64,000 bases of DNA from Trichosphaerium sp. ATCC 40318. Lineage: Eukaryota; Protista; Tubulinea. Location: contig JALMLS010000305.1 in NCBI GenBank assembly GCA_038496445.1, positions 52,125 through 116,124 of the forward strand. The letters run 5' to 3'. The notes beneath the pieces are model-generated. The model had not been told where the DNA came from. It made no database searches and saw only the letters and a list, made by a program, of their open reading frames with translations. The position numbers were made by a program, and so were the translations under genes. Positions 54,910 through 64,000 of this stretch are shown here, in pieces (the stretch's first letter is position 1; every line of letters starts with the position of its first letter).

Positions 54910-56482
54910 TTACTGATTAAACTTTTTTTTTATTATTTTTGCTGCAATAGCATGGAACAATAGGTCAAGGTTTTCATTAGTCTTAGCAGATACTTCAATA
55001 TACTCAAAATCATATTCACATGCTAAATCCTAGTTTGATAAAGTAAACAAAAGGAATACTTTGGTAAAAACAAACTAAAAACTCGAGCTTTGTAAACAAA
55101 ATGCAAGCAATGGAGTTTTTATCAGTGAAATTGATGAGTCAGGCAAAGATGCCAAAAAATCATTAAGTAGGCTCTCAAGTCAAATACTCTAACGTAATAA
55201 AGTATTGGAGGTATAGCCACAATCGGAGTATTTAACTTTGAGAATCTTATAAAGTAGAACGATATTGTTTGTACCCTTGCACGATCTGATGTTATTATTC
55301 TTTCGTTTTCAAGGTCCTAAACATACATAAGCAAACAGAACATTTTATAGCGCATAAAATTCCATGTAGGAGCATACTAATTTGTTTCCAACTAAAAATA
55401 CAGTGCATCTTGGTGCTCCTCTCTCCACTTCATGAATGTGATGCTTTACATTCTTAAAACTTTCCTCCTTTAATTAAATATTAACTGCTTTGTTTTTCCC
55501 AAAAAAAATGGTACGAAAAACGTTTTGAGCACGTGACTGAGGTGTTGATTAAAAAATGTGAAGAAAATCTTTTACGACTCCCAAAAAAAGACTAAAAGCC
55601 ACGTCCTTGAAAATCCACGCTCGTACGTAAAACACTCTTGATAATAGTGAGTTAGACGTACGTGAGTTATATCAAAGACTGTTACAGCAGCATCAGCGCC
55701 TCTGAAATAACTTTGCGTAAGCTCTTTGAATCTATTTAAACTTGCTTAATATAAACTTCTCTTTAAAGAATATGGTCAACCACGGACCGTTCGTGTCCTG
55801 CTGTGTCTCTACAAAACCCATTTAGCTTCACAACTATAACGTACTTAAATTCACGTGCAGTATATTAAATTTTACAATTTTCTCGTCATGTAATGTCATT
55901 ATTTTAGTTCTCTACAGCGTATTAACTCAGTGTCGCCAAAAGGATGTTGAATAGGAACCAAACACTTGATCACGTGATAAGCAAATTTGAAAAATTCCTC
56001 CGGTAATGGCCATGATGAACGCCTAAATATTCCCCGTACCAATTCACCGAGTGTCACATCAGGTTCACCAAACGTTCCATCGCAAAAACGCACTTTGTAT
56101 CAAAGTTAAACTTTTTTTTTCCTTCGCATTTACTGCTATGACATCACGTACTTATAAGACTTGATTTACCTACACCTAAAAAGTGTAAATGTTAGCAATA
56201 ATCTTTAATACCTTAAAAAGCGATATAAATGATCAAAGGATCCATCGACGGCGTAAAAACAGACGTAAAAGTTTTCACGTGTTTTTTAGAGTTTTTTATA
56301 TTTTGGAACCATACCCACTTGTCCATTGAACACAACTTTGATGAGCGTGTCATATTCCGGGCTACTCCTCAAGTATTTAAGCCTGTTGTACACGAAACAA
56401 GCATTTTTTTCGCTTACCGTCCGGCAACATCTTTTTTCTCTATTGCTTCTTGTGTCTCTTGTCGAGAGGTACAACATCCCAT
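54910..56482 (-). CDS. Rab-like small GTPase with N-terminal MGCC and no C-terminal Cys motif
   Basis: Spliced micro-exons give YDTLIKVVFNGQVGVGKSSLIMRF, ILDTAGHERFKELTQSYFRGA, LVGNKLDL and EVSAKT, so G1, G3, G4 and G5 are all present. Confidence 0.85.
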
Positions 56483-57037
56483 CACAAAAAAGGTAATAGC
56501 TGAAAACAAAAAGTCATCATTAGTCAGAGTGTACTGCAATTTTCACTAGCGCAAAGTACCTCCCTCACTTAAGATCAGCAAACTACTTTACTTTTGGTTT
56601 ATTAGAAGATCAGAAGGAGAATCGGAGGACTAGATTTTAAAAGAGTTTTAGATTCACGTGTTCTTGTTAATCTACAATAACAGATTGGAGAATAATCTCA
56701 ATCAGCTTCGATCCCTGGATCACGTAGCCAGAGACCTTCCCAAGCCCATGAAGGCCCTTCTCCAACTGTGTCAATCGTAATCTGCTATTGTACAAAACAA
56801 CTACCTCTCACTTATCAAACTACCTATTATACTTTTTCATAAACAATTATTTGTTCGTTCGTGGTTCATGATGCTAGAGTAACGAGCGACAGTGGTGTAG
56901 CAGTGCTTAAACAAACCGACGACATCACATAACGAACAGAGTCAAATTGGTAAAACAAGTAGCTATACAACTATAAGTAAACTTTTGTTCTGAGGTCATG
57001 AGCGACTCTTACAAACTATTAGCCCATTGAAAGTTCG

Positions 57038-58183
57038 TTACCACTCTGGGCGTTTACTATGAACGTAATGTGGTTGTGTTTCCTCATATCCATCTCTAGT
57101 CCAGTACTTTACCTCTCCTCGCTTTCCATTCTTTTTGTAATAACATTGCATCTTCAATTGTCCATTGGAGTACCACTCTTTACTCTCGCCTTGACATTTG
57201 TTATGCAAATAACAACATTCAACAGCTAATTGTCCATTATCATGCCACTTCTTTAGTTCTCCTTCCAGTTTACCTCTTCTAAAGAAACTGAGTTCCTTTA
57301 GTACTCCATTGGCATTCCAGGTTTTACTCTTTCCTTCTTTTCTACCTTTTACAAAGAATTCTTCAACATGCAGCTGTCCGTTAAAGTGCCATAACCTACA
57401 TTGTCCATGTCTTCTGTTCTTCATGTAGTAGCATTGTTCAATCAGTATACCTTTCATATTCCAAGTTTTACACTCTCCTTCTAGGTTACCATTCGAGTAC
57501 TTAAAATGCTTCGAGATTTGACCGCCCTTATACCATTCTTTGTAATCTCCTGCATACCAACCATTCACACAGTATGATTGCTCTTGCAATTGTCCATCAC
57601 TGTACCTACCCTCATAATAGCCTTCACGTTTACCTTGATTATAAGAAGCACTGATTTTCAACAGCCCATTATCCCAATACTTGTACTCTCCGTGAAGTTT
57701 GCCATTCTTATAGTTACCACGTGCTCGGAACCACTTGAATTCTCCTTCATACAAACCCGAGATATAAAAAGCTTCCATCTTCAGCTTTCCATTCTCGTGC
57801 CAACTCTGCTTCTTCCCTTCTTTAATACCATCTTTGTATATTCTCGTTTCCTTTAATTGACCGTTATCATACCACTCTTTGTATTCACCTTCCATTTTAC
57901 CACAGGAAAAGAAGCACTTCTTCTTCAGTTGGCCATTTTCGTTGAACTGTTTGTACCATCCTTGTTTTTCTAATTTTACATTGAACCTAGTGCTCATAGC
58001 TGCTTGTTTACATAGTAAAGGCCATAAAATAAACACATCAGCGCTTACGTTTATGCTCAGATCAATAATATCAAGTTGTAGCTCAAGTGGAAGCTGTAGT
58101 AAGCGACAAAAAGCCGATTCTTGGGTGCTAGTCTAAATTCGCTTAGAGATAATTTAAAACTACTGGTTTACCTTTGTTGCCAT
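57038..58183 (-). CDS. F-box-like plus MORN-2 (YwqK-like) repeat protein
   Basis: Exon 1 MATK; LLQLPLELQLDII F-box-like segment; repeats EGEYKEWYDNGQLK. Confidence 0.8.
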
Positions 58184-58650
58184 TATGTTAATAGATTACA
58201 GTCACTTGAAATTGTAAACGCCACGCACGTGTACTTAACTTCCTTAAGTCTTACATTATACTCAGTTTCTTCTAGAACTGCAATCGAATTGCGCTTTCCA
58301 ATACTGATATCACGTGGCTAGTGCTAAGAAATTGATGCAAAGCTACTTGTAACGTAGACATTTTTCTTTGTTTAACTGTGGGTAAGTGACTGATTGTAGA
58401 GCGCAGTAGGTTGAAAGAGCAAGTTGTCTTTCTTGACAAATAATTTGCTTAACAGAAGTAGCGAGATTACTGACCCTTTGGGTGTTCTTGGAGCTTCAAG
58501 CTAATTATATTGCATTCAGCTATAATCTATAATTATTGTTCCACTTATACAACCAGTTGATTGTTTCGTATCTTTTGTTGCATCTCATACTTTTAAGTTG
58601 TTTATTATTTTACAATATCTTGTCTTTTTGTGAGATTATTCATCTCTTTT

Positions 58651-61153
58651 TTACACTTTATCCTTTTGTTTGTTACTCTCTACATGACTACTATATGAAT
58701 CTACCATTTCTATCAATGACTTTGATTCAGAAAAAGAAAGTTTCTCGTCGAGAGGTCTACTTTTTCGTGTAATAGACATAGGGGAACTTAGACCGAGTTT
58801 CTTCATGTCTTGTTCCCCAATCAAATGGTACGTAATATCTCTATATACTTTGACTGTTAAAAATGCCTAAAGGGATGCGTAAACATAGGAGGGAATACAA
58901 TGATTCGAAACAAAACTCGTATTGAAAAAAAATAACATGTAAAACAAAAATCAAGTTATCCGCAAAGGCAAGCCAGTAAAAAAACATGACACAATGATTT
59001 TGTAATTAATTAGTACTAATACTAAGTAGATTTTGAAAAGACATATTGTAGGACTTTTTCCTAAGCAAGTATTTCAAGGGAAAGCAAAAAACATAATGTA
59101 AGAAAAAAAGAAAAAAATTTGCTTTTTCAAAAATAAAGTTTTTTGATATCTAGGAAGGCGTACCTTATAAAAACCGTTGAAAACTTCTATAAACTTCTCC
59201 TTAAAGTCTGTATTATAACAAAAAGGTAAAATAGTTGATAACATTTCAGCAGTTGGCTCAAGATCCTTTGTTTTTCTCATTTCTTCAAACTGTTTAAAAG
59301 CAAAATCAATATTCCTAAAATAAAAAAGAATCATAAGTCACCGAGAACCTCTACTATTTTTTGTTCTAAAAATCATTCCTAGCACTAGTAGACAATAGTA
59401 TAACAAACTACATTGTTGCTGAAAAAAAAAAAACCAAAAATGTGTGGCGTACCCACTATGACAATGAGCGTCAACTAAAATTTCAAAAGTATCAGTTGTT
59501 GGTGAGATTCCTCCGTCTACCATTTCCTTATATACAAACTGAGCTCTAGCAGGCTGCATACATGCTGTACACGTCCTCATAAAGCTATTATAAACATCTG
59601 CACTATTTGTCGATATAACAGACTTTAGAGACTCAAAAACACTTGATGCCTCATCAAGTCCTTGAGCGCTTTGAGTTTTACCAAAACTTTCAATGAAATC
59701 TGAAAAGCAATGACCAGGTACTTCTAAGTCTCTTTCTTCAAGCATATCTACTATCTCTAGCATCTCTTTCTTTGTCTTTATACCTTTTGCAAGAGCTACA
59801 AAAGTGCTAGGAGTCGCTTCATCATACATACTTTCCATTTCATTAAAAGTTGCCCAAGCTCTTGTTGCGTCTCCTGCTTTTAAGCAACCATGGATTAATG
59901 TGTTATATATTTCGCCACGTGTATCAAAACCAATACGTTTTTCATTAGCATTGAATATAACAAATGCTCTATCAATCTCAAGATGAATACAACATACTTT
60001 TATGAGTGCTAAATAAACCTTATCGCTTATTTTAAAATCTTTTTTTCCCATATCATTATACAGATTAAAAGCTTCTTTAAAGTCACCACAGTTCGCACAA
60101 GCTTCAATCATACACCCATAAGCCTCCTACAAATAAAGAATGAGATAATTTTTAAACAGTAAATCCGAAAACGATCGAAAAGAGGAAAACGTTAAATAAG
60201 AATAAAATAAGAAAAAATAAAGTTACAAAGATGTTTCAACGTACCGCAATCACAGATGTACCACGATCCTTGTTTATCATATTACGATAAAATTCTTTTG
60301 CTTTTGTTAGTTCACCAAGTTTACCACACGTTCTAATCAATGCAGCATAGGTACGGTATGTTGGTTTGACTCTATTTTTATTCATTGTATCCAATTGACG
60401 TAAAGCCAAATCAAGCTCATTATGCTCCCCACATTTATCAATGAATACGTTAAACGTATACTCACTCATTCTTACTCCTATACAGTCGTTTAATTGAGCT
60501 ACACAGAAAGTGTACAGAGGTGTCAACAGGTTTCGAAAAAAGGAAAATGTTTTTTTTGTTTAGCGTATAACTATGCTTACGATCGATTTTATGAGCTATG
60601 TATACTTCCTTTGCATCATCCATAGTTGGTGCCAACGCCATTAGTGTACCATAGGACTTTGGTTGGAGTTTGACGCGACTTCTTCTTATTTTGTCGTGTT
60701 CTTCTTTAGCGAACTCGAAATCACCTAACCGGGGCATATGTCTCATGTAGGCTATATTGGGACCAATGTCAGGGTCTGTTTTGTCTTTTTCGTAGAGCTC
60801 TTTTTTATCTGATGAATAGTTAATACAAACGATTCCAAGAGCTTTTTAGTGCGTAGGAAACTACAATAATCGTTTTGACAGTAAGTTCAGAAAAATGCGT
60901 GGGAAATGATTTATAAATGATCCACAGTGGTTGCTTTACCTTCTACGACCCTGTCAGTTGGCAATGCCATCCACTCTGAAAACGAAGAGCGATCATCTAC
61001 TTCCACCGCCATATTAGCATCTAATGAGTATTTACGCAGCGCAGATGTGCACATTGGGCCAATTCGTTGTCTAGCGCCTTGATTTGTTCTACACGCTTTG
61101 ACATTTCTCGCACTGGCGCAGCAAAAAGGCCGGAAGCCTCGCATCATTGCCAT
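58651..61153 (-). CDS. Pentatricopeptide repeat (PPR) protein, probably mitochondrial; last exon uncertain
   Basis: R-rich, acid-free N-terminus MAMMRGFRPF; 35-aa motifs TYAALIRTCGKLG, IYNTLIHGCLKAG and VYNSFMRTC. Confidence 0.85.
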
Positions 61154-61380
61154 CGTGATTGTTGCTTCAACTTAAGTTCAACGCACTTTACTTATCTCTA
61201 ACATCAAGATAAACAACTCACGCGCGACCATAATAGTATTAAAAGCCAGTAGCGAACTCTGTACAGCAAAATAATGAAAATAACTACAGAGCGCTAAAAA
61301 GGCATTAAATGCCAACAAAAGCGCGCTAGGAAGTACCATAGTGGTTATAGAGGAAGAAAACTCTCGTGTCAACATTACAC

Positions 61381-63949
61381 ATGAGCGCAGTCGCTAAGAA
61401 AGGCCTGAAGTCGGTGGATGCTAGATTATTAAACAAAACGGTTCAGAATACCGAAAAACGGCCAAAACGGAAGCCAGTAGGTCACTGGGACTCAATACAC
61501 AACATGCACCACATGGTTGAAAGCGTGCTTGCCACAAAGCTCAATATTAAGTGCTGTGACGACTTTTATGACACCACCTACGCACAATGGAGGGCCGCTG
61601 GTGCTAGAGCTGTTTTAGAAAGGTATTCTTTTTTGTTTTGTTTTGTTGAACGTTTTTCTCGCTTATTCTCATCTTGGGGTTTCTCGCGTTTGTCTTGCCT
61701 GAAGGCTGTATATCCTGATTATAAATGGGATGAAAGCAGGTTCAAAGGGTACATTTTGAAGCGTGTTGGACAGTGAATGAGTTATTTACTTTAATATCAG
61801 TACTGGCGATCGTACAGGGCCTTCCATGTATCTTGAATATTTTGATAGAGTGGCAAGGAATGTAGGTGTCATGATTTTGGATGATTGGTATCGTGTTGAT
61901 CTTATAGGGGAAGGCATAGGCAAAAACATTTTGGAGTAAGTGACTTTTTTGCTCTTCTTTTGTCATCTTCGATTACGATCTACTCCGCACAGTGTATACA
62001 CTCTTACAAGACTAATGTGTAACAGCCGATACGGAGGAAGGATAAAGACAATAACAGCGCTTTATCCTGACCATGATTGGCAAGAGGGCAATTTTGTAAC
62101 GTACATGGTTTTTTTGTGAATTTTTTTAAGTTATCTCAATCTCTTCTTTCTTTCATCAACATAAGCGTTGACAAATACTAGGTATTTTCCAAGAGAAAAC
62201 ATAAAGAAAAACAAAGGATCTTGGATAAGTTTGGCATTACAAAGACAGCTCTTCGATAAAATAGCAAAGAAATTGAATCATGATAGCCTTGATTGTTGGT
62301 ACAACACACGAAGAATTGAAGTTGTCAGAAAAGGTGGATCATCTATCATTCAAACGTAAGTATTACAGTCACCCCATGGCATCATTAGTTTATGTTAAAA
62401 TATCAACGCTGTAGGGTGTATGATGGTAGTCTCTACAAAGCTCTAAAGGCCATTTATCCTGAAAAAACATGGTATGCTTGGAAGTTTGTGTACGTTGGGT
62501 TCTAGTACCATTGCTCGTATAATTTGTATGCAGAAAAGCTCAAGCTCGTATATGGACTGATGATAATGTGGTCAAAGAATTTTTAAAGTGTACGTCCTAC
62601 CACAGATAACAACAAAACTCGAGTGCAATCTTCTTTGTTTCTAATACTCGTTTGAAGATGTTGAAGAACAGTTGGGTATTAAAGATCCATCTGAGTGGTA
62701 TGGCGTATCTGGACGAAAGATAGGAAGGTTAGGAGGTACCGGTTTAATGCGTAAGCAAATACTTGGGCATCACTATCCTCACTGCCTTACACTGTTGCAC
62801 CCCGAATATGATTGGGATATGCAAAAATTTCCAAATAAATCTGAAGCTTTCTTGAAGCCAAGGTATCTTCTATTAAACTTTATTGTAATTGAAATATATC
62901 ATAGGCGTAAGCATGGTTTTTGGACTAAAGACGAAAACATCAAGAATTTCCTTAAGGGTACAACCCAATGCAAAAGTTGTTTCTTATTTTTTTCTTAGAT
63001 ATGTCTGTTAAGCTAAATATGGTAAAACCAGAAGACTGGTATCGTGTGTCTATACCTCAATTATTAGCTAATGACGGTGGGGGTATTATATCAAAGTTTC
63101 CTGATTGTCTATCGTTGATACACCCTGAGTTTAAATTTGACAAAAGTCAATTTAAACTAAAGTCAAAAAGAGCGTCACAAAGGTATACCTTCAAAACAAA
63201 TCAATATTAAAAATATCACATGCCATTCATTCGTTCAAACGCTGTTTATCCATATGTATTGCAGTGGCTACCATTTCACTTTTATGAGTGAGATCACTTG
63301 CACAATTTATTTTAGTCTTTTTTATATTCTTCTTTCAGTTTAACAGGTTTACAGAGCTATGCGCATGAGTCTTGAAGTGGTTTTCCCTGAAGAAGAGATA
63401 TTAGAAGATTACTCCATTTCAAACATAGCACCTACTCCTTATCTTAGGATCGTTGTTGACGTGTATATACCTTCTATTAGGCTAGTGGTTGAATATCAAG
63501 GTACATTTTTATTTCAAGTATACCTTCTGCTTTGATTCTAACAAACAATAGGACCTCACCACTTTGAACGGAAAAATATCTACTACTTTGGATCATCCCA
63601 AGCTCAATCGACAAGGGATAAAGAAAAGAAAAAACTATTGGCAGCCGCAGGTACGTTTTGCACTTTTTTTTTTGGAGTGAAAAAAAAGTAAAAAACAACA
63701 GCTATAACCATAAATACAGGTATCTCTGTGGTTCCTATTCCTTATTGGTGGAAAGAAGGAGATGTTGATACCCTAAAATCAACTATAGCTCATTACAGGT
63801 ATGAGCAATAACGTGGGTGTTGAAAAACCAAATTTACTAATACTTTTCTGTTTTTCAGGCCTGATTTGAACCTTCACGTGCCAGAAGGAGTTATGCCTCT
63901 GTTGGACACTAAAGGAAAAGAATACTTAGATTGTGACAATGTAAAATGA
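61381..63949 (+). CDS. Repeat protein with a C-terminal RAP-like PD-(D/E)XK domain
   Basis: Several GxW..N..F...L...P.DWY....GG..L....YP...W repeats, then VVDVYIPSIRLVVEYQG|PHHF...DKEKKKLLAAA|GISVVPIPYWW. Confidence 0.7.
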
Positions 63950-64000
63950 ACGAGATAAACTCGCCTGTAATATAAAAAACTAAAACGGAAAAATTTCTTT

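Noticed and set aside
1-64000. Alternative genetic code or stop readthrough as the cause of fragmented ORFs
   Set aside because: Short GT/GC-AG introns explain the stops; conserved genes translate cleanly with the standard code.

Overview
AT-rich (~35% GC), intron-dense eukaryotic nuclear DNA. The gene content suggests an amoebozoan-type protist; this is inferred and not identified. Most introns are about 40-70 nt, so the supplied ORF track fragments nearly every gene, and the models below were spliced by eye. The window holds conserved genes (amidophosphoribosyltransferase, CPSF6, kexin/furin, a lipocalin, a PPR protein, a RAP-like protein) mixed with fast-evolving families. The main feature is a cluster at 13.5-35 kb: three tandem class C (GABA-B/Grl-like) 7TM receptors whose Venus-flytrap domain is replaced by a Pmp-like GGx/FxxN beta-helix ectodomain. 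That ectodomain changes length in 84-nt rungs and the copies are mosaics of each other. An inverted pseudogene and single-pass beta-helix relatives lie nearby. Other notable items: a Rab-like GTPase missed by the ORF track, with an N-terminal MGCC acylation motif and no C-terminal prenylation cysteines; modular F-box/LRR genes with hypervariable beta-strand positions; a head-to-head PPR/RAP gene pair; several GC-AG introns; and strong over-representation of CACGTG. No tRNA, rRNA, CRISPR array or intact transposase was recognised.
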